A DNA stretch of 36,091 nt. It comes from an uncultured Planctomycetaceae bacterium. GTDB lineage: Bacteria; Planctomycetota; Planctomycetia; Planctomycetales; Planctomycetaceae. Each line of letters starts with the position of its first letter. The stretch's first letter is position 1. The position numbers and the translations under genes are program-made. The stretch covers positions 1 to 36,091 of the forward strand of contig CAXBME010000048.1 in the NCBI GenBank assembly GCA_963976765.1. The letters run 5' to 3'. Shown piece by piece: positions 28,332 to 36,091 of this stretch. Below the pieces are notes generated by a model, which was given only the letters and a program-made list of their open reading frames with translations, ran no database searches and was not told where the DNA came from.

Positions 28332-29591
28332 ATGAATGATCAGCCCGACGACGACGCCTACGAACCCGAACTTGACGGGTTTCCCACGGATCTTGATCCG
28401 CGGCGAGTGCGGTCACGCGTGCAGATCGAGGTACTGGTTAGCGAGTACGCTGAGAAAGCTCGGCAGGGGCTGAATCCATCGATCGAGAGCTACGTCGAAC
28501 GCTACCCCGAGATGGCCGCTGAAATTCGAGAGCTGTTTCCGATGGTGGCGGCCCTCGAACAGTGGAAGTCAGATCGTGAGTCTGAAGTTCTGCGGGCTCA
28601 GCTTCCCGATCAGTTCAAGCTGAAGCAACTCGGCGATTGCCGACTCGTGCGAGAAATCGGTCGGGGCGGAATGGGAGTTGTTTTCGAGGCGGTCGAGGGC
28701 AGCATCGAACGTCGCGTGGCGGTTAAGTTGCTGCCCTGGCGGATTTCGATGGTGCCGCATCGTCAGGAGCGATTTGAACGCGAAGCTCAAACCATCGCCA
28801 GGCTCCGCCATGCCAACATCGTCCCGATATTTCGATTCGGTCGACACGACGATTATGCCTACTACGTCATGCAGTACGTCGAGAGCGTCAACCTGGGCCA
28901 CATCATCGCTGCCCTGAATGAAAAACATCAGGTCTCACCGGCGCACGAAATTCGCAAGCAGACTGATTCCGACGACGAGCACGCCGACGACTCAGTTGGT
29001 CCGGCTGAACGAAGAGGTCTGAAGCACGACTCCTGGAAGGCGTTTGCCAGGATCGGTCTGCAGGTTGCACAGGCACTTCGGCATGCTCACCGAAAAGGCG
29101 TACTGCATAACGATGTAAAACCAGGAAACCTGCTGATCGACTCCGCTGGTAAAGTTTTCGTGACCGACTTCGGTCTTGCAGAACCGCTTAACGCCGAGTC
29201 TTCGGAAGTTGACGAATCCGTCAACGGCACCCTGAGATACATGGCCCCCGAGCGGTTTCAAGGAATCTGCGACGAAACCAGTGACATTTATTCGCTCGGA
29301 ATCACGCTGTTCGAGCTGGTCACACAGCAGTCGGCCTTCGAAACAGAGAGCCGCGTAGGCCTGATCAATGCCATTACACAGGGGGAGGTCCGGCAGCCTG
29401 CGGAACTCAGTCGAGACATCCCGCCGGATCTGGCAGCCGTCATCTCGAAGGCAATTTCGCGGGAACCCGACAACCGCTATCAGTCTGCTGGAGAATTCGC
29501 GTCAGACCTGCTGCGATATATCAACGGCGAACGAGTTGTTGCCCGGTCGCGTGGCGGCATTCTGAGATGGCTGCGGAGACCGGGCAGGTAG
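28332..29591 (+). CDS. Hanks-type Ser/Thr protein kinase
   Basis: IGRGGMGVV, VAVK, LRHANIV, HNDVKPGN, DFG, GTLRYMAPE, SDIYSLG, RYQSA. Planctomycete-type N-terminal PSIESY..RYP extension. Confidence 0.93.
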   Translation: MNDQPDDDAYEPELDGFPTDLDPRRVRSRVQIEVLVSEYAEKARQGLNPSIESYVERYPEMAAEIRELFPMVAALEQWKSDRESEVLRAQLPDQFKLKQLGDCRLVREIGRGGMGVVFEAVEGSIERRVAVKLLPWRISMVPHRQERFEREAQTIARLRHANIVPIFRFGRHDDYAYYVMQYVESVNLGHIIAALNEKHQVSPAHEIRKQTDSDDEHADDSVGPAERRGLKHDSWKAFARIGLQVAQALRHAHRKGVLHNDVKPGNLLIDSAGKVFVTDFGLAEPLNAESSEVDESVNGTLRYMAPERFQGICDETSDIYSLGITLFELVTQQSAFETESRVGLINAITQGEVRQPAELSRDIPPDLAAVISKAISREPDNRYQSAGEFASDLLRYINGERVVARSRGGILRWLRRPGR

Positions 29592-29609
29592 TTGTTGCCA
29601 GGCGAGCCC

Positions 29610-29828
29610 CTACGCTGATTTCCGGATCGAAATACTGGCCATCAGGGCTTCGTAGAGATCAGCGGGAATCTGCACGTCATCGTTCGCGAAGTCCTCGATA
29701 AAGGTTCGCCGCGAATGGAAGGCTTCGGCGAGCGGTTCAAGAATCTCGCCCAGTCTCAGCGTGACATTCGCCGGAGCGTGGCTCTGAACTGACTCATCAG
29801 CTGGGAAAATTCGCAGACGATTTCGCAT
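29610..29828 (-). CDS. Small hypothetical protein (72 aa)
   Basis: Natural-looking globular sequence with ATG preceded by GAAGGA. It converges on the kinase stop with an 18-bp gap. Confidence 0.6.
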   Translation of the reverse strand: MRNRLRIFPADESVQSHAPANVTLRLGEILEPLAEAFHSRRTFIEDFANDDVQIPADLYEALMASISIRKSA

Positions 29829-30179
29829 CCTGAAGTCCTTCCATGGGGAGACTGACAGTTGGCTGTCAGCTGAGTCTCAAAGTGCGTCGCTTACGCAATT
29901 CAAGATCGGCTGGAAGGTTGTGCGGGCTTCAGTAAAAACTTTGAAGTTTTCAGGATTGGTGACCGAGCAGGCTGCGCATCGCCCCGTCGGGGATGATGAG
30001 CGGAATGAACTCTGGAAATGGCGCATCGGCACGGGCAACCGACGTCGTTTGCAGCCGTCAGAATTGCCCGCAGATCTTTGCGGCGGCATCACCACATACG
30101 ATGCTCGGCCCGCTGGGCCATGGTCCCGCGACCAGAAAATGCAGCCTCGATGTGCTGGCCGCCAGCCTGCTAAAGATAC

Positions 30180-30780
30180 TCAGGCTTCAGTCAACCGTGA
30201 TTGATAGAGCCGCTGAATATCTTCGACGGTGACCGTGATTTCGCGGGCAAACCCCGTGTGAGCACGCTGGTACTCAATCTTTGTAGCCAGCTCCGGGGCC
30301 TGGTGAATCGCCTTTGAAAGCCACGTCCGGTCGGCATCTTCGAGCTTTCCCACGCTCGGATCCCACAAAGTTCGAGTCTCAATAACCAGTTGGTCCACCC
30401 GCGCGTCGTATTTGTTAAGTCCAGCCATCCAGTCATCCGCCTTGTGAAAAGTTCGACCCAGTTTCGCACCCGAAATCGTCTAAGAGACGGCATCCCGATG
30501 CAAGGCTGCGACGTATGCCAGCCTTAGACATAATCCTCGCGAATCATAGCGGCAGCTCACAAAAGCGGTAGCGCTTCAGCTGAAGCACAGCACCGGGATT
30601 TACGGTAGAACAACACCTCTTCTGCAACTTCGATCAGTACATCCAGAAGGCGAATCAGGAGTCTGTCGCGAGAACCGTTCAGAGCCTGTTCAAGGAATGC
30701 AAGCGGTATTTCATTCAGGGTTCCCATTCGTCGCTGACTTCGACGAGAGTGGCGGTGACGGAAACCGGTTCGCCGTGAGG
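30180..30780 (-). pseudogene. Possible decayed gene remnant (82-aa ORF 30180-30428 plus upstream protein-like fragments)
   Basis: The frame of the 82-aa ORF stays open 17 codons upstream to an in-frame TAG. Further upstream, fragments such as LNEIPLAFLEQALNGSRDRLLIRLLDVLIEVAEEVLFYR occur in shifted frames. No family recognised. Confidence 0.25.
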
Positions 30781-30824
30781 CCGGACTCGATATCTAAACA
30801 CAAGCTACTGGAACGTTGCTCGGA

Positions 30825-31580
30825 TTACTGCCCCAACTCACTGAGCAGGCGATTGTCTGACGGATAGGGATGACCTTTGTGCTGGCGGAATGCTTCTCCG
30901 AATTTGACGCCGAGTTCCTCGCCGCGGTGGGAGCTCCAGCGTTCGCAACTGTTGAGGTACTCGTCGATGCCATGCTGTTTAAGCAGCCAGTCGCGCTGGC
31001 TGGCGTGACAGGCGAGCATCTGCCGTTTCAGCTCGAACGTCGCCGAAATGTCGATGATGAATTCCGGCTCGACTCGCTGACCGAACCAGTCGGTCCCTTC
31101 GATCGGATCGACATAGTAGAGGTGCGGAATCTTTTCCAGCGGCGGCGCGTGGGCCGCATCGTGAGTCAGGTAGTTGGGGATCGGAGCGTTGAAGCACGCA
31201 TCGCGAACCAGCAGGCTCGTGAATTCATGATCGGGCATGTAATCGACCGGCGGAGCGGTCAGCACGATGTCCGGTCGACTCTTGCGTAATGCTTCGGTGA
31301 CTCGCCGGCGCGATTCATTGTCGAAACAGATGCTGAGATCTCGAAACTCCAGACAGTCGTAATCGGCACCAAGCAGATTGGCGGCTTCCAACGATTCCTC
31401 GCGCCGGATCTGAGCGATCTCTTCGCACGCCAGTTCCGCACTGCCGCAGTCTCCAGGCGTCATCGTCATGATGCTGACGTGCCACCCTTTCTGCTTCAGT
31501 AGAGCGAGCACCCCGGCACACTGAAACTCGACATCGTCGGGGTGGGCATGAATGGCGAGAACTCGTTTTTGATCAGTCAT
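30825..31580 (-). CDS. PIG-L/LmbE-family deacetylase
   Basis: LAIHAHPDDVE, TPGDCGS, RREE, PDIVLT, DYMPDH, K..MLACHASQ, GEAF. Confidence 0.92.
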   Translation of the reverse strand: MTDQKRVLAIHAHPDDVEFQCAGVLALLKQKGWHVSIMTMTPGDCGSAELACEEIAQIRREESLEAANLLGADYDCLEFRDLSICFDNESRRRVTEALRKSRPDIVLTAPPVDYMPDHEFTSLLVRDACFNAPIPNYLTHDAAHAPPLEKIPHLYYVDPIEGTDWFGQRVEPEFIIDISATFELKRQMLACHASQRDWLLKQHGIDEYLNSCERWSSHRGEELGVKFGEAFRQHKGHPYPSDNRLLSELGQ

Positions 31581-31722
31581 CGAAACAAGCCTTGTGAAGG
31601 TGTCACTGAAGCTGGAAAGAAGCCGGTACCAGAGTGCTCACAGCGTTCATACTCTCGCCATGACTGTCAACTGTCAGACGCTCAACCGAACCAGGCCCCC
31701 AATTCAGCTCGCCAGTGGCACG

Positions 31723-31907
31723 CTACTCAGTCAACTGAGATTGAGGTTGTTGTTGCGTGAGTTCTTGCGCGACGTTGATTTGTTGCGTCGAGGCAGGTGC
31801 GAGTTGCGGGGCGCCAAGCGTTTCTTTTTGCGAGGAAAGTTACCGTTCGCTCTTGAACGCGTTCGCTGGTTGTTGTCGATCATGACGGTCCGTAGTTTTT
31901 CCCACAA
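31723..31907 (-). pseudogene. Possible frameshifted 3' remnant of an IS4-like transposase
   Basis: LWEKLRTVMIDNNQRTRSRANGNFPRKK + frameshift + ETLGAPQLAPASTQQINVAQELTQQQPQSQLTE* (TAG 31723-31725). It resembles from memory the D.Y.R..K.SR.YPRKK...G.P tail of planctomycete IS4 transposases. Confidence 0.35.
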
Positions 31908-32698
31908 TCATAGGCACTGGTTAGAAAACGTAGCATTGGGCGTGCGGGCTTTATGCGTTTGTCAACGGTATTCGGGCGGTTACGCCAGTAGTCCAGAAGG
32001 GCTCGGCAACCATCTTCGTCCAACTGAGAGAGCGGGATGTCTGGGTGTCGAGCCTTGAGCGTCGTGACATTGGCTTCTACCGCAGCGGCGAAGCTCGTTG
32101 GCTTTGGGCCATCCGGTGTGGGTTCTGTGTATTCGAGCCGAACGGCTTTCACGTATGAATCCAACGCCTCGTGAAATGACCTCGTGACTTCGGGCAGCAC
32201 GTTCGGCGAAAGGCGGCGGACTTCATTGAGTCGGAACGTTGCGGCCTCGTCCCAGAAAGTTGCACCCTTGGCGTGAGCCTCTTGGTCTTTCGGGACAAAA
32301 ACAATGAACGGGTATCGCTGTGCAAGCTCGTGAATCTGTGCTGCGTATGATTCCGGGGTTTGCGTCCAGCCACTATCGACGACGATTTGCACCTTTCCGG
32401 CTGAAAGCTGCCGTGCAATCAGGAGGCTCTCCGCTGTCCAGAGCGGGTCAGGTTCGACTGGATCAAGGTCCGTAGGCAAGGGAGGGAATCGGACTGGCTT
32501 GGACTGTCTGCTTAGCTCCTCAACATGAGCCCAAAGTTCCCGGACCCGAGCCAGCCGTGCTTTGGCCTTGTTGAGATTGTCGCCAAAGCTGAAGCGATAC
32601 TGTTCTCGCCTGCCATTTTTGGTTACCCAAAAACCGACCTTTCGGCGGTAACGGCCTCGGCTGTCAGGGAGCCATTCGTCGTCAGTCTTTTTCGGCAT
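31880..32698 (-). pseudogene. Truncated tyrosine-integrase-like gene (N-terminal arm/core-binding part only)
   Basis: N-terminal GRYRRKVG...RFSFG....AKARLARVRELW, then FHEALDSY...LKARHPDIPLSQLD...LLDYWR core-binding-like helices. No catalytic R-H-R-Y domain. It lies immediately downstream of an ssrA-like att core. Confidence 0.6.
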
Positions 32699-32752
32699 GG
32701 TTCAGAACAGGATATGGAAATGCGGGTGCCTTTTTGTCGCATTTTATCCCGG

Positions 32753-32826
32753 AAAGGGCCCCAAGCAAGCCGATAAAGGGCCCCAGAAACCACTGAAAAA
32801 GGGCCCCAAAGCGAAAAACGGCCCAA
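32753..32826. repeat. Direct repeats AAAGGGCCCCA x3 plus one degenerate copy (putative integrase arm/accessory sites)
   Basis: Copies at 32753, 32775 and 32798 (spacing 22, 23), AAACGGCCCAA at 32816, and an inverted partial copy TTTTGGGGCC at 32921-32930. Confidence 0.8.
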
Positions 32827-32854
32827 TACACGCCCTCTGATAATTGACGTAAAG

Positions 32855-32894
32855 CCAATAAAAATAACCGCTTGCGAAATCGCAAGCGGTTATT
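32855..32894 (-). terminator. Rho-independent terminator following the tmRNA 3' fragment
   Basis: Perfect inverted repeat AATAACCGCTTGCG-AAAT-CGCAAGCGGTTATT (32863-32894), with a T-rich tail on the minus strand. Confidence 0.8.
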
Positions 32895-32899
32895 AACGA

Positions 32900-32917
32900 T
32901 GGAGGCGGCGGGAATCG
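32900..32917 (-). mobile_element. att core: duplicated 3' end of tmRNA (ssrA)
   Basis: Minus strand reads CGATTCCCGCCGCCTCCA, the T-loop/acceptor 3' end typical of tmRNA (GGTTCGATTCCCGCCGCCTCCA). The 5' T-stem is absent, so this is a fragment rather than a gene. Confidence 0.75.
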
Positions 32918-33018
32918 TGCTTTTGGGGCCATCGGCGGACACATCTTGGCTCCGAAACCACGTCCATACAACGAGATACGCCATCAGCCGGTTCGTCCCG
33001 TGTGGAGGTGCAGTGTTG

Positions 33019-33052
33019 CTTATCCGACCACTTCACCCAGCCTTATCCGACC
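33019..33052. repeat. Direct repeat CTTATCCGACC x2
   Basis: Exact 11-mers at 33019-33029 and 33042-33052 (23-bp period). Confidence 0.8.
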
Positions 33053-33368
33053 GCATTTGCCCGAGACTTCTGAGAGTTCAGAATACCGGGAATCGACTGA
33101 ACAATGCGAGAATGTTGTCGTACAATGCTCTTAACAAAGTATGCGATAAGCGTGTGGCCGTTGAAAGTGGCGACGAGTAGCCGGAAGAACCACACGTGGC
33201 GCACGCCCTGCTGGGCACTGCCTGCGATCTCGCCGTCGCACCAAGGGTAGTCGCAAAAAGCCGAGAACCGGAAAGCAGGGGGCAGAGCTTGTAGTAAGCC
33301 CACTCTGCCTGAAACACACGGGGCCTCACCCGAGGTGCGCTGTGTTTCAGAGGAGGAGGGCTTTTTTC

Positions 33369-34487
33369 ATGCTCCCATCAATCATTCAGGAAATCGAAGC
33401 TGTAGAACACGGACTTGAGGCCATTGAAAAGTCGTTGGCGGTGGTCAAGTCGCCGCCACAATCTGTCCAGAAATCGCTCATAACACTCTCAGCAACGATT
33501 CAACGAATCCGGCGACGGCATGTCGTCACGAAGTCGCCGCCGAGGCCGACAAAACAGAAGGTTGACGACCCGGCACTGGATGAACTCAATGACACCCTTT
33601 CCATTGTTCGGGATCGAGTCAAAGGAGTGGCCCTGCATGGCCACGCAGGGTTCTATCTGTACGGTCGAGCCGGAACGTCAAAAACCTTCACAGTAAGAAC
33701 GACGCTTCAAAAGCTCGGAACCCAGTTCGTCTACCAGAATGGTCATATCACACCAATCGGCCTTTTTGAGACGTTTGCGAACAATCGTGATGGCATCATC
33801 GTTCTGGATGATGTTTCAGCCGTTTTCCAGCAACCAACGGCGAAGAGTATCTTGTTAGCTGCGCTCGGATGTTTGCCGGATGGAAGTCGTGAGATCAGAT
33901 ACACGAACAACAAGGGCACGACTCGCATCCGATTCCGGGGAGGTGTCATCGCCATATCCAACCTCGAACTCCACGGTGACGAGGTGATGGCGGCTCTGAA
34001 GAGTCGAGTTCAGACGTTGAACTACAATCCTTCGGACGAACAGATCATTGCTCTGATGCGGAGCATCGCACGGCACGGGCATGTTCATGATGCAGGGCGC
34101 ATGACCCCAAGAGAATGCGGCCTTGTCACGGACTACGTTGTCGAACAAGCACGACGGCTTGAGATGAAGCCAGATGTGCGCATGCTCGTTGATAAGGCGT
34201 TCAGGGACTACGTGCTCTGGAAGTCGCAGGATTCCGAAACGCATTGGAAAGACCTGATAAGAAGTGCGATGGAAGATCAGCTTGTGAAGCTGGAGGCCAC
34301 GGCTCGGCAACTGGTTCCGACAAAACAGGAAGAGGCCGCATCAGAACTGGAGTTGGTAAAGACGCTCACCTCTCAGTTTGCCTCGATGGACGATGTGATC
34401 GCTGAGTTTGTGAAGCAGACGGGCAAGAGCAAACGCACATGCCAACGCCGGATTCGGGAGGCTCGCTTCTCCAAGGACAGCAGTTAA
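33369..34487 (+). CDS. P-loop ATPase (AAA-like) with C-terminal HTH-like tail, mobile-element associated
   Basis: YLYGRAGTSKT (Walker A variant), IIVLDD (Walker B), IAISN (sensor-1-like), ALKSR (Arg-finger-like), C-terminal TGKSKRTCQRRIRE. SD AGGAGGAGG precedes ATG 33369. Confidence 0.8.
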   Translation: MLPSIIQEIEAVEHGLEAIEKSLAVVKSPPQSVQKSLITLSATIQRIRRRHVVTKSPPRPTKQKVDDPALDELNDTLSIVRDRVKGVALHGHAGFYLYGRAGTSKTFTVRTTLQKLGTQFVYQNGHITPIGLFETFANNRDGIIVLDDVSAVFQQPTAKSILLAALGCLPDGSREIRYTNNKGTTRIRFRGGVIAISNLELHGDEVMAALKSRVQTLNYNPSDEQIIALMRSIARHGHVHDAGRMTPRECGLVTDYVVEQARRLEMKPDVRMLVDKAFRDYVLWKSQDSETHWKDLIRSAMEDQLVKLEATARQLVPTKQEEAASELELVKTLTSQFASMDDVIAEFVKQTGKSKRTCQRRIREARFSKDSS

Positions 34488-34501
34488 TGCTGACGCAGTG
34501 A

Positions 34502-34539
34502 CGTTTTGTCGTTCTGGCACACGCCAGAACGACAAAACG
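34502..34539. repeat. Perfect 17-bp inverted repeat with 4-nt loop
   Basis: CGTTTTGTCGTTCTGGC-ACAC-GCCAGAACGACAAAACG, 14 bp after the ATPase stop. Confidence 0.9.
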
Positions 34540-35032
34540 ACACAATGCCACCATCAGGCCACTGGCACTGCAAATCCAGAAGTGCCTTATTCTACGGGGA
34601 ATTGGCTGCAACTCGGCAAATGCGCTGGGACAGCGCTCGGCGAACCTGAAGCAAGTCCCTGCCTTGCATTGGTTCCACTCCGACGAATCCAAGATGATGC
34701 CAGTACGGTTCAGTCACATCACCGTCATGACGCAATCACAGAATGATTTGCCGGTTGACTACGTGCGTTTGTCGCCTCGCTGGACATGACACCTTCAACC
34801 GCCGCAGGCGGAAATCCTCGTCGCCGTTACGAGGTTTCTTTCTGAGGGTTTTCTTTTGACTGCTTCTCCTTTCTTAATGCGACACCTTCTTCACCACATC
34901 TTTGAAGAAAGACATCACCCAGCGGAAATACTGCGTCATATTCAGCAGGAAAAAACTCTCGCCAATTTGGAAAAAATGCACGCTACGTACTTATCTACTT
35001 GTGAGTGTACGTTTCACATTGAAAGGAGACCT

Positions 35033-36046
35033 ATGGATGCTCACAAGTTATCAACGAAGGTGAAGTTTCTGAAAGTGCTGACGCCAGCAAGAAGTGGCGA
35101 GTTTCATAATCACCTGAAATCTGCCGGGAAGAAATCACTCCATGAGCTTCTCGTGTTCAGTTTCATGGCCTACCGGTCACGGCTGGGCGCTGGAGCCACA
35201 ACAAGATCAATTGCTATCAGCACCGGATTGTCACCTCGCACGGTGGTCGCCGTTCTCAATAACCTCGGTGATCTCGTCATCAAGAGCGGGCGTGAGCACG
35301 TTCTGAATGAGCCAAGGCCAGAGTGTTTCATGCCGCTGAGCCAGCACGACGGCGAACATTGGACTGATGGCTGTTGCTATACACGGCTGCTCCTGCCTCG
35401 CAAGGGAGCCACAATCAGCTACCAGAAAGTCAATCGTCGCTTTGGCTTGAATCACTCTTGTATCTACTCGCTGTTGATCGGCCTGTCCCGGAAAAATGAC
35501 TACACGCTGACGACCGAGGCCGGATTATCAACTCTGATGAACGGCGTTCATCGCAAGACGATTGGGGCAGCATTGAACGACCTCGATCATCTTGGATTGA
35601 TAACCCGAGAGAAACAGGGTGATCGTCTGCGTGTGACGCTTCTGGATGTAAAGGAGCAACATTTGGAACTGTTCCGACCACAACCAGAAAAGGTGAAGAT
35701 CACCGTCCGGGAACCGCAACCTCCGGCAGACCCAAATTGTTACGTCAAACGAAATGATGGTTATGACCAGTGGAGAGAGTGCTGTGTAGGCGTGATGCCG
35801 CAGAGTACGGCTGACAAGGCCATCGAAATGGCCGTCACACTGGGAGATGACGAGATGGAGTTTCGAGGAGTCGTCTCAGAGATAAAGAGAATCGATCTGG
35901 AGAATCGAGAAAGTGGAAAACGCTCGAAATCCAATCCGGGAGGATTTCTTTTATACCGATACCGGGAACGAATGAATGCGAGAGAACAAGCTCTCGCTGA
36001 ACTCGAACGGTCGGAATGGTTTCAGAGTGATGAATTCTGGAGATAG
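35033..36046 (+). CDS. Tandem winged-HTH protein, putative replication initiator; C-terminus probably truncated by IS21
   Basis: SD GAAAGGAG before ATG 35033. Two HTH-like segments: TTRSIAISTGLSPRTVVAVLNNL and LSTLMNGVHRKTIGAALNDLDHLGLITR. NPGGFLL resembles replication-protein C-terminal motifs. The stop TAG lies inside the IS21-like end. Confidence 0.55.
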   Translation: MDAHKLSTKVKFLKVLTPARSGEFHNHLKSAGKKSLHELLVFSFMAYRSRLGAGATTRSIAISTGLSPRTVVAVLNNLGDLVIKSGREHVLNEPRPECFMPLSQHDGEHWTDGCCYTRLLLPRKGATISYQKVNRRFGLNHSCIYSLLIGLSRKNDYTLTTEAGLSTLMNGVHRKTIGAALNDLDHLGLITREKQGDRLRVTLLDVKEQHLELFRPQPEKVKITVREPQPPADPNCYVKRNDGYDQWRECCVGVMPQSTADKAIEMAVTLGDDEMEFRGVVSEIKRIDLENRESGKRSKSNPGGFLLYRYRERMNAREQALAELERSEWFQSDEFWR

Positions 36047-36091
36047 GCGTTTAAAACGGACCCACTTCGGCGTTGAAATCAGACCCACCTT
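36038..36091. mobile_element. IS21-family terminal inverted repeat region
   Basis: Starts TG, then the tandem 20-mers GGCGTTTAAAACGGACCCAC (36046-36065) and GGCGTTGAAATCAGACCCAC (36069-36088), 17/20 identical. Multiple terminal transposase-binding repeats are an IS21 hallmark. Confidence 0.75.

Noticed and set aside
31594..32058. 154-aa plus-strand ORF
   Set aside because: Arg/Leu-biased, spans the junction of two minus-strand relics, and has no recognisable domain.
32753..32826. Possible mini-CRISPR (short repeats with variable spacers)
   Set aside because: The repeats are 11 bp with 11-12-bp gaps, far too short. The att/integrase context explains them better.
32900..33300. Complete tmRNA or tRNA gene
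   Set aside because: Only the last 18 nt match. The 5' T-stem (GGGTT) is replaced by AAAGCA, and I found no matching 5' acceptor strand at a suitable distance.
34811..34845. Terminator-like CCTCGT/ACGAGG stem with T-rich tail
   Set aside because: The stem is short, with a 7-nt loop and an interrupted U-tract, too weak to call.

Overview
A 36-kb segment that looks like a planctomycete chromosome (two DUF1592/DUF1552 gene pairs, DUF1570 protein, planctomycete-type TolC-like lipoprotein and Ser/Thr kinase). It is bounded at both ends by insertion-sequence termini. An IS630-like right end at 1-54 interrupts a DUF1552 gene, and an IS21-like end at 36038-36091 truncates a Rep-like gene, so the window is probably a whole contig. 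The core region (0.7-31.6 kb) carries a split, reordered ArgZ/AgrE-like arginine-to-proline operon coupled to alanine dehydrogenase, and an ECF sigma/anti-sigma/DUF3106-like cluster followed by an NCS2 permease. It also carries a stand-alone CaMKII-hub-like protein, a PTS EIIA-SLC4 (band 3-like) anion transporter fusion, a Gfo/Idh/MocA oxidoreductase and a PIG-L deacetylase. The last 4.4 kb is a layered mobile region. It holds a truncated integrase-like gene and an 18-bp copy of a tmRNA (ssrA) 3' end with a terminator, flanked by two different sets of direct repeats spaced 22-23 bp apart. Beyond that lie a structured leader, a P-loop ATPase, a perfect 17-bp hairpin and a tandem-wHTH Rep-like gene. 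This pattern is consistent with tandem islands accreted at ssrA. All family assignments come from motif recognition by eye; no searches were run.
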